This document shows, one piece after another, positions 1 through 9,755 of a stretch of 32,000 nt of DNA; position 1 is the first letter of the stretch; every line of letters begins with the position of its first letter. The notes beneath the pieces were generated by a model, which was not told the DNA's origin, searched no databases, and was given only the letters and a program-made list of their open reading frames with translations. The stretch lies in contig NZ_AP028907.1 of the NCBI RefSeq assembly GCF_036323395.1, positions 630,001-662,000 on the forward strand, given 5' to 3'. The position numbers and the translations under genes were made by a program. The stretch is from Pyrodictium abyssi (GTDB lineage: Archaea > Thermoproteota > Thermoprotei_A > Sulfolobales > Pyrodictiaceae).

Positions 1-128
1 TGCTCTCTAGACGCCACGCCCTCGCGGGCTGCGTCTCGCCGCCTCTACCCCTCCCTCTGCACTGACGCACCTAGGAACATCGTCCCTAGAAGGTCTGGGC
101 TCGGGTCAGGAGACGGTCTCGGAGAGGT

Positions 129-1016
129 GTGGGAGACGTGGCTGGCGTGGGTCTAGGCGACATAGTAGCCTCCGTGGTTGATGGTGTGCTTATAGGCGGT
201 CTCTACGGGCTCGTAGGCGTAGGGCTAGCGCTAATCTGGGGCGTCATGGAGGTAATCAACTTCGCTCACGGAGACTACATGATGCTGGGGGCACTAGCCA
301 CATACTTTCTCGCCACGAGGCTCGGCCTAGACCCTCTACTAGCCGCGCCAGTAGCCTTCGGCCTAGTGTTTCTCCTCGGCGTCGCAACCCAGCGGACTGT
401 GATCAACCGTATCCTCGACGCGCCCCTACTGACGCAGATAGCTGCGACCTTCGCCGTGCTCCTCATAATAAGGTACGGCGTCCAGGCAGCATTCGGCCCC
501 TACACGCGGAGGCTGAGCAGCTGGTACGCCAACGAGATATACTACCTAGGCCCCGTCGTCATACCCCTGCCTAAGCTGATAGCCTTCATGGCCTCGGTCG
601 CCGTGGCGGCTGTGCTCTACTTCTTCCTCTTCCACACGCGCACCGGGATAGCCCTCCGGGCGACCGCCCAGGACCGCGAAGTAGCCCAGCTCATGGGCAT
701 CAACGTGCACCGGATGTACGAGCTAGCCTTCGGAATAGGCGTCGGAGTAGCCGGGCTCGCCGGCGCAATCGCGTCCCTCTTCTACCCGGTTTTCCCCGAG
801 ATGGGCGCCTTCTTCGCCCTGATAGCCTTCATAGCGGTGGTGCTGGGTGGCTTCGGCAGCGTCTTCGGCGCCTTCCTGGGCGGTATAATAGTTGGCGTGA
901 CCGAGGCCGTTAGCGCGTTGTTTATAGACCCTGCGCTGAAGGACGTGGTGGCCTTCCTCCTCTTCATAGTGATAGTGCTTGTCAAGCCTACGGGCATTTT
1001 CGGCAAGAAGGTGTAG
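129..1016 (+). CDS. livH: Branched-chain amino acid/amide ABC transporter permease, LivH-type
   Basis: 295-aa polytopic ORF with LivH hallmark GLALIWGVMEVINFAHGDYMMLGALATYF and AVVLGGFGSVFGAFLGGIIVGVTEA; first gene of a livHMGF-order block. Confidence 0.95.
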   Translation: MGDVAGVGLGDIVASVVDGVLIGGLYGLVGVGLALIWGVMEVINFAHGDYMMLGALATYFLATRLGLDPLLAAPVAFGLVFLLGVATQRTVINRILDAPLLTQIAATFAVLLIIRYGVQAAFGPYTRRLSSWYANEIYYLGPVVIPLPKLIAFMASVAVAAVLYFFLFHTRTGIALRATAQDREVAQLMGINVHRMYELAFGIGVGVAGLAGAIASLFYPVFPEMGAFFALIAFIAVVLGGFGSVFGAFLGGIIVGVTEAVSALFIDPALKDVVAFLLFIVIVLVKPTGIFGKKV

Positions 1017-1043
1017 AGCCAGGGAAGGAGGGGAGGTGGAGCC

Positions 1044-2075
1044 GTGATGGAGGCTAGGGCTGTCCTCCACGCGCTTCGCGGGCTACGCGGCTACACCCGG
1101 AGCCCCTACGTGTGGGCGGCCTCGCTGCTACTGGTAGCCTCGCCGATAGTGTTCATGAAGCTAGGGCTACCGTTCTACGCCAACATGGTGTTCCTCGCAC
1201 TGATGTACGGTATCGCGGCGATGGCGTGGAACCTCATGCAGGGGTACACGGGGCTCTTCAGCTTGGGCCACGCGGTGTTCTTCGGCGTAGGCGCCTACAC
1301 GACCATGATACTCGCGAAGTACTACGGCGTCACGCCGTGGCTGGGCATCTGGGCTGCCGGGGTACTCGCTGCTGCTGTCGGGTTCCTGCTAGGGTTTCCA
1401 CTGTTCCGTCTACGGAGCCACTGGTTCACGCTAGCCACCATAGCCGTGGCGGAGATATTCAAGCTGCTGTTCGCTCACTGGGGCTACGTAGGCGGCTCTG
1501 CCGGGCTCCAGATGCCCATAGTCGGGCCGGATGAGCAGCTCTACTACCTCCAGTACCCGGGGCCCTACATCTACGTCTACGTGGCCCTCCTAGTGCTACT
1601 AGTGGAGCTAGTAGTGCTCTACGCCGTAGTGAACAGCAAGATCGGCCTCTACCTCCAGACGATCCGCGAGGACGAGCTGGTAGCCCAGACGCTCGGTGTG
1701 GACACGTTCCGGTACAAGATGATAGCCATGGTTGTTAGCGGGTTCTTTACAGGGCTCGCTGGGGCACTCTACGCTGTGAGGTTCCGCTTCGTGGACCCCT
1801 TCGCCGTGTTCGACCTCATAACGATATCTACCTACATAGCTGTCGCGGGCATAGTGGGCGGGATATACACGTTCATAGGCCCGCTCGTGGGCGCGTTCAT
1901 CTTCGTCCCCGCAGCAGAGTACGTGAGAGCCACTATAGTGCAGGCATTCCCACGGGTCTTCGGCCTCCACGTAGTGATAGTGGGCGTCATACTGCTGGTA
2001 ATCTCCCTCTTCGTGCCCGAGGGCGTGGTGGGCTACCTACAGCGTAGAGCCGGGACGGTGAGGAGCCGTGGCTGA
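1044..2075 (+). CDS. livM: Branched-chain amino acid/amide ABC transporter permease, LivM-type
   Basis: 343-aa hydrophobic ORF with AWNLMQGYTGLFSLGHAVFFGVGAYTT and the GGIYTFIGPLVGAFIFV region typical of LivM; overlaps livG by 8 nt. Confidence 0.95.
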   Translation: MMEARAVLHALRGLRGYTRSPYVWAASLLLVASPIVFMKLGLPFYANMVFLALMYGIAAMAWNLMQGYTGLFSLGHAVFFGVGAYTTMILAKYYGVTPWLGIWAAGVLAAAVGFLLGFPLFRLRSHWFTLATIAVAEIFKLLFAHWGYVGGSAGLQMPIVGPDEQLYYLQYPGPYIYVYVALLVLLVELVVLYAVVNSKIGLYLQTIREDELVAQTLGVDTFRYKMIAMVVSGFFTGLAGALYAVRFRFVDPFAVFDLITISTYIAVAGIVGGIYTFIGPLVGAFIFVPAAEYVRATIVQAFPRVFGLHVVIVGVILLVISLFVPEGVVGYLQRRAGTVRSRG

Positions 2076-2790
2076 GAGGCTTCTCGTCGTGGAGGGCGTG
2101 TCTAAGAGGTTTGGCGGCCTCACAGCGCTAGAAGGCGTCAGCTTCACTATGCGGGAGGGCGAGAGGCTGGGACTCATAGGGCCTAACGGCGCCGGGAAGA
2201 CCACGCTGTTCAACTGCATCACCGGCGTCTACAGGCCGGACCGGGGGAGGATAGTCTTCAGGGGCACCGACATCACCGGCTGGCCCCCACACAGGATAAC
2301 AAGGATCGGGATAGCCAGAACATTCCAGATAGTGAGGCCGCTAGCCAAGATGACCGTGCTCGACAACGTGGCTGTGGGGGCACTGCTCCACACCAGCGAC
2401 GTCGACGAGGCCAGGAGAAAGGCGCTAGAGGTACTAGAGCTGGTAGGCCTCTACGAGAAGCGTCACGTCCCCGCGCAGTCGCTCACGCTGATCGAGAAGA
2501 AGAGGCTCGAGGTGGCCCGCGCGCTCGCTACCGAGCCTAGGCTGCTACTCCTCGACGAGATCGCAGCGGGGCTCAGGCCGGCCGAGGTGGACCGGCTCCT
2601 GGACATGCTGTTCGAGGTTAACAGGAGAGGCGTCTCCATGATAATGGTGGAGCACGTCATGAGGGCTGTGATGAACTTCGCTGAGAGGATCATAGTGCTC
2701 CAGTACGGGAGGAAGATAGCCGAGGGCAAGCCCGAGGAGGTCGCCAGGGACCCACGCGTAATAGACGCGTACCTGGGCACGGAGGAGTAA
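2068..2790 (+). CDS. livG: Branched-chain amino acid/amide ABC transporter ATP-binding protein, LivG-type
   Basis: 240 aa; Walker A GPNGAGKTTLFN, LLLLDEIAAGLRPAEVDRLL, IMVEHVMRAVMNFAERIIVLQYG. Confidence 0.95.
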   Translation: MAERLLVVEGVSKRFGGLTALEGVSFTMREGERLGLIGPNGAGKTTLFNCITGVYRPDRGRIVFRGTDITGWPPHRITRIGIARTFQIVRPLAKMTVLDNVAVGALLHTSDVDEARRKALEVLELVGLYEKRHVPAQSLTLIEKKRLEVARALATEPRLLLLDEIAAGLRPAEVDRLLDMLFEVNRRGVSMIMVEHVMRAVMNFAERIIVLQYGRKIAEGKPEEVARDPRVIDAYLGTEE

Positions 2791-2796
2791 GGGGCC

Positions 2797-3516
2797 ATGG
2801 CCGGGCGGCTCCTGTCGGTCGAGAACATAGACGTCTACTACGGCGAGTTCCAGGCATTGTTCGGCGTCAGCCTAGAGGTTTACGAGGGCGAGGTCGTAGC
2901 CCTAGTCGGCGCCAACGGCGCCGGGAAGACCACGACTCTGAAGACCATATCGGGGCTGCTTAGGCCGCGGCGCGGCAGAATAGTGTGGGAGGGCCAGGAC
3001 ATCACCAGTGTGCCCGCGTACCAGAGGGCCGAGCTCGGCATAGTCCATGTGCCCGAGGGCCGGGGGATCTTCCCCTACCTCACCGTGTACGAGAACCTGG
3101 TCGTGGCGGCGTACACCAGGAGGGCGCGGGAGAGGTTTGAGGAGAGCCTGGAGATGGTCTACGAGCTGTTCCCCAGGCTCCGGGAGAGGAAGCGGCAGCT
3201 AGCAGGAACCATGAGCGGCGGAGAGCAGCAAATGCTAGCCATAGCACGGGCGCTGATTCAGAGGCCCAGGCTCCTCATGCTCGACGAGCCCAGCCTCGGC
3301 CTCGCCCCTAAGCTGGCCCGGGAGGTAGTCTACCTGGCCCGGAGGCTCCGCGACGAGTACGGGATAACCGTGCTCCTCGTGGAGCAGAACGTGAGGCTCT
3401 CCCTCAAGGTCGCCGACCGGGCCTACGTCCTCGAGACCGGGCGGGTCGTCCGAGAGGGCCCGGCAGGGGAGCTCGAGAAGGACCCCGAGATACGCCGTGC
3501 GTACCTCGGGATCTAG
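2797..3516 (+). CDS. livF: Branched-chain amino acid/amide ABC transporter ATP-binding protein, LivF-type
   Basis: 239 aa; VGANGAGKTTTLKTISGLLRP, MSGGEQQMLAIARAL, LLMLDEPSLGLAP, LLVEQNVRLSLKVADRAYVLETG. Confidence 0.95.
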   Translation: MAGRLLSVENIDVYYGEFQALFGVSLEVYEGEVVALVGANGAGKTTTLKTISGLLRPRRGRIVWEGQDITSVPAYQRAELGIVHVPEGRGIFPYLTVYENLVVAAYTRRARERFEESLEMVYELFPRLRERKRQLAGTMSGGEQQMLAIARALIQRPRLLMLDEPSLGLAPKLAREVVYLARRLRDEYGITVLLVEQNVRLSLKVADRAYVLETGRVVREGPAGELEKDPEIRRAYLGI

Positions 3517-3538
3517 TCTGCATGGAGCCAGGGCAAGG

Positions 3539-5599
3539 GTGATCTCCGGGTTGAGGAGGATAGGGATAGACATAGGCGGTACCTTCACGGACCTCGTGGC
3601 CTTCGACGACGAGACCGGCGAGCTGAGGAGCCTCAAGGTCCTGACGACGCCCCGGGAGCCCTGGCGGGGCTTCATGGAGGCTCTGCGGCAGCTAGGCTGG
3701 GACCTGGAGGGCGTCGAGGTAGTTATCCACGCGTCGACGCTTGGCACCAACCTGTTCCTAGGCCAGGTGGGGCTCGAGCCGCCGCCAGCAGTGCTAGTGG
3801 CCAACAAGGGGTTCCGCGACCTGCTGGAGATAGGGAGGCAGAACCGCCCGGAGCTATACAACCTGTTCTTCCAGCGCCCCCGGCCGCTCATCCCCCGGTC
3901 GCGGCGGCTCACCGTGGCCGGGAGGATCGGGCCCAGGGGAGAGGAGCTCGAGCCCCTCGACGAGGGGGCTGTCCGGCGGATAGCCCGGGAGTGGTGCAGC
4001 CGGGCCAAGGTATTCGTGGTAGTGTTCCTCCATAGCTACGCTAACCCGAGCCACGAGAAGCGCGCCAAGGAGATCATCGAGGAGGAGTGCCCCGGGGCCC
4101 TAGTGGTGGCGAGCCACGAGGTGGACCCGCAGCCGAAGGAGTACGAGCGCACCAGCACAGCAGTGGTCAACGCCCTGCTGAAGCCCGTGCTCTCCACCTA
4201 CCTCTCCAGGGTCGCCGGGGAGCTCCGCTCAGCAGGATTCCGGGGCAAGCTCCTAGTCATGCAGAGTAGCGGCGGCGTAGCCGGAGTAGAGCAGGCCGTA
4301 GAGAGGCCAGCAGCCTTCATCGAGAGCGGCCCGGCGGCCGGCGCCGTGGCCGTAGCGTACTTCTCCAAGCTGATGGGTGTAGAGTACGCCCTCGGCTTCG
4401 ACATGGGCGGCACCACTGCTAAGGCCTCCGCTGTGGTGAACGGCGAGCCCCTAGTGGTCCCAGAGTACGAGGTGGGCGGCCGGGTCCACATGGGGAGGCT
4501 GCTACGGGGCTCCGGGTACCCTGTCCGCTACCCCTACATAGACATAGCCGAGGTCAGCGCCGGTGGCGGCACGATAGCCTGGGTGGACGCTGGGGGCGCG
4601 CTGCGGGTCGGCCCGGTGAGCGCTGGCGCCGACCCGGGCCCAGCCTGCTACGGCCGCGGAGGCCGCGAGCCCACGGTGACGGATGCGCAGCTCGTGCTGG
4701 GCAGGCTGCCCGAGGCCCTGGCCGGCGGGAGGATAAGGCTCCGCCGGGACCTCGCCCTGGAGGCCCTGGCGGGGCTAGCCGAGAAGCTGGGCATGGGGGT
4801 CGAGGAGGCCGCTGCCTCGATAATAAGGATAGCTAACACAGTCATGTCCAGGGCGCTGCGGCTCGTGACCATAGAGAGGGGGTACGACCCCCGGCTCTTC
4901 GCGCTCTACGCCTACGGCGGCGCGGGGCCCCTCCACGCGGTGGAGCTCGCGGACGAGCTGGGAGCCAGGGAGGTCGTTGTCCCACCGCTGCCCGGCGTGT
5001 TCTCGGCGTTAGGCCTGCTCGTCACGGACTACCGCCACGACTTCCACGCCGCTGTTGTGCGGAGGGCCGACGAGCTAAGCGACGAGGAGCTCGAGAAGGT
5101 CTTCGCAGGGATGGCCGAGAAGGCCCTGGCGATGCTCCGCGACGAGGGCGTAGCCCCGGACCAGGCCCGGCTGGTACGCCGCCTAGACATGAGGTATCAA
5201 GGGCAGGCGTACGAGCTGAGCGTGCCCTACCGCGGGAGCCTAGAGGAGGCCGTGAAGGAGTTCCACCGCCTACACGAGGCGAGGTACGGGTTCAGCCTCC
5301 CCGACACCCCCGTGCAGGTGGTCAACGCGAGGCTCACAGCCTACGGAGTCGTGGCTAAGCCGAGGCTCCCCCAAGGGGAGCCGAGCCCCTACCGCCCGGA
5401 GCCCAGCGGCAGGAGGCGCGTCTACTTCGACGAGGCCGGGTGGACCATGACGCCGGTGTATAGGCGGGCCGAGCTACGCCCCGGCGCCGAGATCGAGGGC
5501 CCCGCAGTCATAGAGTCCGACGACAGCACCGTGCTCGTCCCCCCTGGCCATGTGGCCCGGGTAGACGGGCTCCACGCGGTCCACATAGAGAGGCTCTAG
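3539..5599 (+). CDS. hyuA: Hydantoinase/oxoprolinase family protein, subunit A (N-methylhydantoinase A/acetone carboxylase beta-like)
   Basis: ORF track 3497..5599; IGIDIGGTFTDLVAFD, GFDMGGTTAK, ADPGPACYGRGG, YGGAGPLHAVELADELG. Likely start is the GTG at about 3539, just before RRIGIDIGG. Confidence 0.93.
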   Translation: MISGLRRIGIDIGGTFTDLVAFDDETGELRSLKVLTTPREPWRGFMEALRQLGWDLEGVEVVIHASTLGTNLFLGQVGLEPPPAVLVANKGFRDLLEIGRQNRPELYNLFFQRPRPLIPRSRRLTVAGRIGPRGEELEPLDEGAVRRIAREWCSRAKVFVVVFLHSYANPSHEKRAKEIIEEECPGALVVASHEVDPQPKEYERTSTAVVNALLKPVLSTYLSRVAGELRSAGFRGKLLVMQSSGGVAGVEQAVERPAAFIESGPAAGAVAVAYFSKLMGVEYALGFDMGGTTAKASAVVNGEPLVVPEYEVGGRVHMGRLLRGSGYPVRYPYIDIAEVSAGGGTIAWVDAGGALRVGPVSAGADPGPACYGRGGREPTVTDAQLVLGRLPEALAGGRIRLRRDLALEALAGLAEKLGMGVEEAAASIIRIANTVMSRALRLVTIERGYDPRLFALYAYGGAGPLHAVELADELGAREVVVPPLPGVFSALGLLVTDYRHDFHAAVVRRADELSDEELEKVFAGMAEKALAMLRDEGVAPDQARLVRRLDMRYQGQAYELSVPYRGSLEEAVKEFHRLHEARYGFSLPDTPVQVVNARLTAYGVVAKPRLPQGEPSPYRPEPSGRRRVYFDEAGWTMTPVYRRAELRPGAEIEGPAVIESDDSTVLVPPGHVARVDGLHAVHIERL

Positions 5600-5615
5600 G
5601 AGGGCTGGGCACGCC

Positions 5616-7274
5616 ATGGTGGACAGGGTAACCATCGAGGTGATAAGGCACGCCGCTATCTTCACAGCCGAGGAGATGGGAGTAGTCCTGCGGAACACCG
5701 CGTTCAGCCCCAACATAAGGGACCGGCTCGACTACTCCTGCGCCATACTGGCCCCGAGCGGCGAGCTGGTGGCACAGGCCGAGCACATACCGGTGCACCT
5801 AGGCAGCATGCCCATAGGAGTAAAGAACATGGTCAAGGCCCTGGAGGAGAACGGGGTCAGCCTAGGCCCCGGAGACGTCGCGGTCTCCAACGACCCCTAC
5901 ATAACCGGGACACACCTCAACGACGTCATGGTACTCAAGCCCGTCTACGTCGACGGAGAGCTAGTAGCCTACGTGGCCAACAAGGCCCACCACGTGGACG
6001 TCGGCGGCCTCGTGCCGGGCGGCATCGGAGCCGGTGTTAGGAGCCTACGCGAGGAAGGCCTAGTAATACCCCCGGTGAAGCTCGTCGAGGCAGGCAGGCT
6101 TAGAACCGACATAGTCAGGCTCCTAGAGGCCAACGTGAGGACGCCCCGGAGCCTCCGAGGCGACCTAATGGCCCAGCTGGCCGCCCTCAACACCGGGGAG
6201 AAGAGGATACGCGAGCTAGCCGAGCGCTACGGCGTAGACGCGCTGCTCGAGGCCTGGGAGGAGATACTCGGCTACACTGAGAAGTACACCCGTACACTCC
6301 TCCAGGGGCTCGTCGGGGACGGGGGCGGCGCATACGAGGCAGAGGACTACGTGGAGCTAGAGAGCGGCGAGCTGGCCAAGATACGGGTCCGGCTAGAGAT
6401 AAGCCCCGAGCGCATAGTAGCCGACTTCACCGGGACGGACAGGCAGGTAGACGAGCCGCTCAACGCCGTCTACGGCGTCACCGTGGCCGCCACGACCTAC
6501 GCGATAAAGGCAGTGATAGACCCCGACATGCCGATGAACAGCGGGTTCTACAGGGTCGTCGAGATACAGGCGCCCCGAGGGACGCTGGTCAACCCCGTAC
6601 CCCCCGCGCCCGTCGGCGGCGGCAACGTGGAGACGTCGCAGAGAATAGCAGACGTCGTGCTACGCGCCCTAGCCGAGGCGTTCCCCGGCCGCGTGCCCGC
6701 CGCGAGCTGCGGCACCATGAGCAACCTGCTCCTAGGCGGCAAGGGATGGGCCTTCTACGAGACCATAGGCTGCGGCTCCGGCGCCCGGCCCTGCTGCGAC
6801 GGCGTAGACGGGGTACACACCAACATGACCAACACGCTGAACACCCCGATAGAGGTGGCCGAGGCCGAGTACCCACTGCTCTTCCGCGCCTACGAGCTAC
6901 GGCCAGACAGCGGCGGCCCCGGGCGCTGGCGGGGAGGCCTAGGCGTAGTCCGGGCGGTCACAGTGCTAGAGGACGGCGTCACCGTCACAGTCTACGCTGA
7001 GCGCAGCCGGCTACGCCCCTGGGGGCTCGAGGGCGGAGAGCCGGGAGCCCCCTTCCGCAGCTACGTGGTGAAAGCCAGCGGCGAGCGGGTAGAGCTACCA
7101 GCCAAGGCCACGGTGAGGCTGAGCCGCGGCGACACAGTCTACATCGAGACACCGGGCGGAGGAGGCTACGGCAGTCCCTGCGAGAGGCCCCGGGACCAGC
7201 TAGAGCACGACGTAGAGGACGGCAAGGTCTCCCCCGAGGCTGCCAGGCGCTACTGCCAGCCGGGCAGCCGCTAG
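5616..7274 (+). CDS. hyuB: Hydantoinase B/oxoprolinase family protein, subunit B
   Basis: 552 aa; DYSCAILAPSGELVAQAEHIPVHLGSM, DVAVSNDPYITGTHLNDVMVLKPV, PGGGGYGSP; 16 nt after hyuA. Confidence 0.93.
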   Translation: MVDRVTIEVIRHAAIFTAEEMGVVLRNTAFSPNIRDRLDYSCAILAPSGELVAQAEHIPVHLGSMPIGVKNMVKALEENGVSLGPGDVAVSNDPYITGTHLNDVMVLKPVYVDGELVAYVANKAHHVDVGGLVPGGIGAGVRSLREEGLVIPPVKLVEAGRLRTDIVRLLEANVRTPRSLRGDLMAQLAALNTGEKRIRELAERYGVDALLEAWEEILGYTEKYTRTLLQGLVGDGGGAYEAEDYVELESGELAKIRVRLEISPERIVADFTGTDRQVDEPLNAVYGVTVAATTYAIKAVIDPDMPMNSGFYRVVEIQAPRGTLVNPVPPAPVGGGNVETSQRIADVVLRALAEAFPGRVPAASCGTMSNLLLGGKGWAFYETIGCGSGARPCCDGVDGVHTNMTNTLNTPIEVAEAEYPLLFRAYELRPDSGGPGRWRGGLGVVRAVTVLEDGVTVTVYAERSRLRPWGLEGGEPGAPFRSYVVKASGERVELPAKATVRLSRGDTVYIETPGGGGYGSPCERPRDQLEHDVEDGKVSPEAARRYCQPGSR

Positions 7275-7628
7275 GCAGCCCCCTAGCCGCTTTCGCCCCG
7301 GCGCTCCACGGGGCTTACCCGGTCCCTCCCCGTCCTCGTCAACATCTGCTCCTCCTCGACGCGTCTCCGCGCAGAAGCGCACATGCAGCACCATGTCGCC
7401 GGTTGTGGCAGGTTGCGTGGCAGGCCCTGGGGGCTGCTATGGCCAGGGCCGAGCACCGCTACGAGGAACAGTCAGCGGAGTATGCATGACTACCCCTCAT
7501 TGCTTCATCGGATGAGAAGCTTGGCCGGTGGCCCAGAGGGCTCTGCTCGGGGACCAGCGTCCTACCGCTAGCGCGTGGTAAAAACCAGTTCTCCCGGGCT
7601 GCCTGCTTATGGTGCAATTAGTGGGGTG

Positions 7629-7880
7629 TTAGAGCTGAACCTCTATTGTGCGGGTTATAGTAGCTGCTAGGTGCTCCGGCTTGGTGTACCACTTGTCGTA
7701 GGTGTACTTCTTGCCCTTGAAGCTTAGCTCTACTATCTCGCCCTTGTCGGAGATGTTCATAAGGGTCTCTCCTTCCTTGATGAGCTTCATCGTCGAGCCG
7801 ACGACCATTACCTTTATGCCCTTCTCCTGCAGCTTGGGCTTTATCAGGTCCTTTAGCTTGGATAGGTACTCGCTGGCCAT
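7629..7880 (-). CDS. Conserved-looking small lysine-rich protein of unknown function
   Basis: 83-aa ORF with lower GC and a balanced charged composition (MASEYLSKLKDLIKPKLQEKGIKVMVVGSTMK...), unlike the Arg/Pro/Gly-rich shadow ORFs nearby; an A/T-rich block with TATTAAATATT lies upstream at about 7924-7935. Confidence 0.7.
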   Translation of the reverse strand: MASEYLSKLKDLIKPKLQEKGIKVMVVGSTMKLIKEGETLMNISDKGEIVELSFKGKKYTYDKWYTKPEHLAATITRTIEVQL

Positions 7881-7978
7881 AGGCCTGCTCCCTCCATGCA
7901 GGGGGCTGGGACCCCCGCTACTGTATTAAATATTGCCTTACAATACCGGGGGCCACCCATGGGGCTGACCCGAGCCAG

Positions 7979-9022
7979 CTAGTCCAGTGCATCCCAGCCA
8001 GTCGTCTCCTCCACCACCCGGCGGAACGCCTTTATCGTCTTGACGGGCTCCGGGTCCAGCCCCGCGTCCAGCGCGTAGCGGACAGAGGCCAGGCCCGCCA
8101 GCCAGGTGCCCCACACCATCCGGGAGAGCATACTGCCGCCACGTAGCCTGGCGACGTGCAGGCTCGCCGGCCGGGCCAGCCCCGCAGCCTGGTGCAGCAG
8201 CGTACTCCAGGGCTCCTCCCCGGGGTCGAGCAGGAGGATCCTCGTGTCGCCGCTCCGGGCCCACGCCTCCAGCATGTTGTGGCCCGCCTCCGGCACCTGG
8301 GCCGCGTCCGCCGTAAGCTTAGCGTTCTCAGCGAGCTCGCTCCTCGTGCGGACCGCCACCGGGTAGTAGGGCTCCGGCGCGAGCACTACCAGGCTGCCCC
8401 TGCTCCCCTGGAGCCACTCGGCCAGCTCCCTCGCCTCCGCCTCGGCCCTCTCACGCTCGCCGAGGAGCTGGATAGACTCCTCCACGTGGCCGCCAGGGAC
8501 CTGGATAAGCCCCGCGGCCTTCAGGCTGCCGAGGAGCGTGTAGAAGAGCTGGGGCCACCCCGCCCGCGGGGCAGGAGCCTCCTCGACAACAGCCACGGGC
8601 ACGCCTACGCGCCGCGCCCACGCGGCGAGACGCCCGCCAGTAGTCACCGCCACGACGTAGCCGCCTAGCCGGTAGGCCCGGGAGGCACAGTTCAGCGTCT
8701 CCCGCGTATTCCCCGAGAAGCTCACAGCGTAGACCAGGCAGCCCCGCACCCACCTCGGGGGCTCAGCCGACTTGACCACGTAGACCGGGAGCCCGCCATA
8801 AGCCGCCGACAACGCCGCCAGATAGTCGCCCGCAGCACCGCTACCACCCATGCCACACACCACGACACAATCGGCCCGCGAGTAGCCGCTCGGCAGCTCC
8901 AGCGCCAGGCCCGCCGCGTAGGCCCGCCGGGCAGGCCCAGCCCAGCCCAGGTAATACCCGTAGAACTCCCCGCGCGCCACAGCACATGCACCCCAGGGCA
9001 CCGTGCTAGAGACGCGCCACAC
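7979..9022 (-). CDS. SIS-domain protein, bifunctional phosphoglucose/phosphomannose isomerase-like
   Basis: 347-aa ORF; VVCGMGGSGAAGDYLAAL, YAVSFSGNTRETLNCA, QVPEAGHNMLEAW match the archaeal PGI/PMI SIS family. The true start may be downstream of 9022. Confidence 0.88.
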   Translation of the reverse strand: MWRVSSTVPWGACAVARGEFYGYYLGWAGPARRAYAAGLALELPSGYSRADCVVVCGMGGSGAAGDYLAALSAAYGGLPVYVVKSAEPPRWVRGCLVYAVSFSGNTRETLNCASRAYRLGGYVVAVTTGGRLAAWARRVGVPVAVVEEAPAPRAGWPQLFYTLLGSLKAAGLIQVPGGHVEESIQLLGERERAEAEARELAEWLQGSRGSLVVLAPEPYYPVAVRTRSELAENAKLTADAAQVPEAGHNMLEAWARSGDTRILLLDPGEEPWSTLLHQAAGLARPASLHVARLRGGSMLSRMVWGTWLAGLASVRYALDAGLDPEPVKTIKAFRRVVEETTGWDALD

Positions 9023-9023
9023 C

Positions 9024-9332
9024 CTATAGCCGGAGCCTCCGCTTCAGAGCCTCCAGCGCCTCCCCGTGCTCCCGGCTCCACCCACCCTTCCTCTCCTTCT
9101 CGCCCAGCTTCTCGGCTATCCTGTCCCGCTCGAGGGCCGGCAGCGCCCCGGTTAGCGCCCGCCACGCCTGGAGCGCCTTACCCGCAGCACTCCTCGTAAA
9201 GCCCCGGCCGAGGAACCTCAGCGCCAGCAAAGCCTCCAACAGCGCCTCCAGGACACGGGCAGAAGCATAGCCCACTAGGCTCCTCTCCGGCTTGGGAAGA
9301 GGACGCTCCAAGAACTCCACGCCTACAGCCAT
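9024..9332 (-). CDS. PaREP1-like small protein
   Basis: Internal ATG at 9330-9332 of the long ORF 9024..10091 gives 102 aa MAVGVEFLERPLPKPERSLVGYASARVLEALLEALLALRFLGRGFTRSAAGKALQAWRALTGALPALE..., resembling the PaREP1 helical pattern; TATA-like GGTATATAGC on the minus strand at about 9363-9372. Confidence 0.6.
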   Translation of the reverse strand: MAVGVEFLERPLPKPERSLVGYASARVLEALLEALLALRFLGRGFTRSAAGKALQAWRALTGALPALERDRIAEKLGEKERKGGWSREHGEALEALKRRLRL

Positions 9333-9497
9333 CCCGCACCCCTGGTATAGGCGGCGCCACAACGCTATATACCGTAGCCCCGGCCCCGCTGCACGCGCCA
9401 AGGCACCGGGAGTGAGACGGCACCGGACTGTGGAGGTACAGCAGAAGGGGGCACACCGTGGACCGTCAGAGGCCAGAGATAGGGGAGGGCTCTGCGG

Positions 9498-9574
9498 TGG
9501 TGGGCCCGGGGGGATTCGAACCCCCGACCTCCCGGTTATCAGCCGGGCGCTCCGCCGGGCTGAGCTACGGGCCC
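9498..9574 (-). tRNA. tRNA-Ile(GAT) with encoded CCA
   Basis: Minus strand GGGCCCG-TA-GCTC-AGCCCGGCG-GAGC-G-CCCGG-CTGATAA-CCGGG-AGGTC-GGGGG-TTCGAAT-CCCCC-CGGGCCC-A-CCA; all four stems pair fully, anticodon GAT, CCA encoded. Confidence 0.97.
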
Positions 9575-9755
9575 GCCCCGAGAGGCAAGGGACAATGCCC
9601 CGGGGATATTTCAGCACTACGCCCAGGACCCAGAGGTCAGCCACAGCTCCAACACCGCCCAAAGGGGGACCCGCAGGAGCCGCAGGCATGGTGGGCCGCG
9701 GGTGGAGGAGGAGAGGCCAAAAGAGCCAGAGTAGAGGGGCGGGGGCGCGCCCTCG

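Noticed and set aside
3235-4008. 257-aa minus-strand ORF opposite livF/hyuA
   Set aside because: Shadow ORF antisense to two well-supported genes; Arg/Ser/Pro-rich high-GC composition, no motifs.
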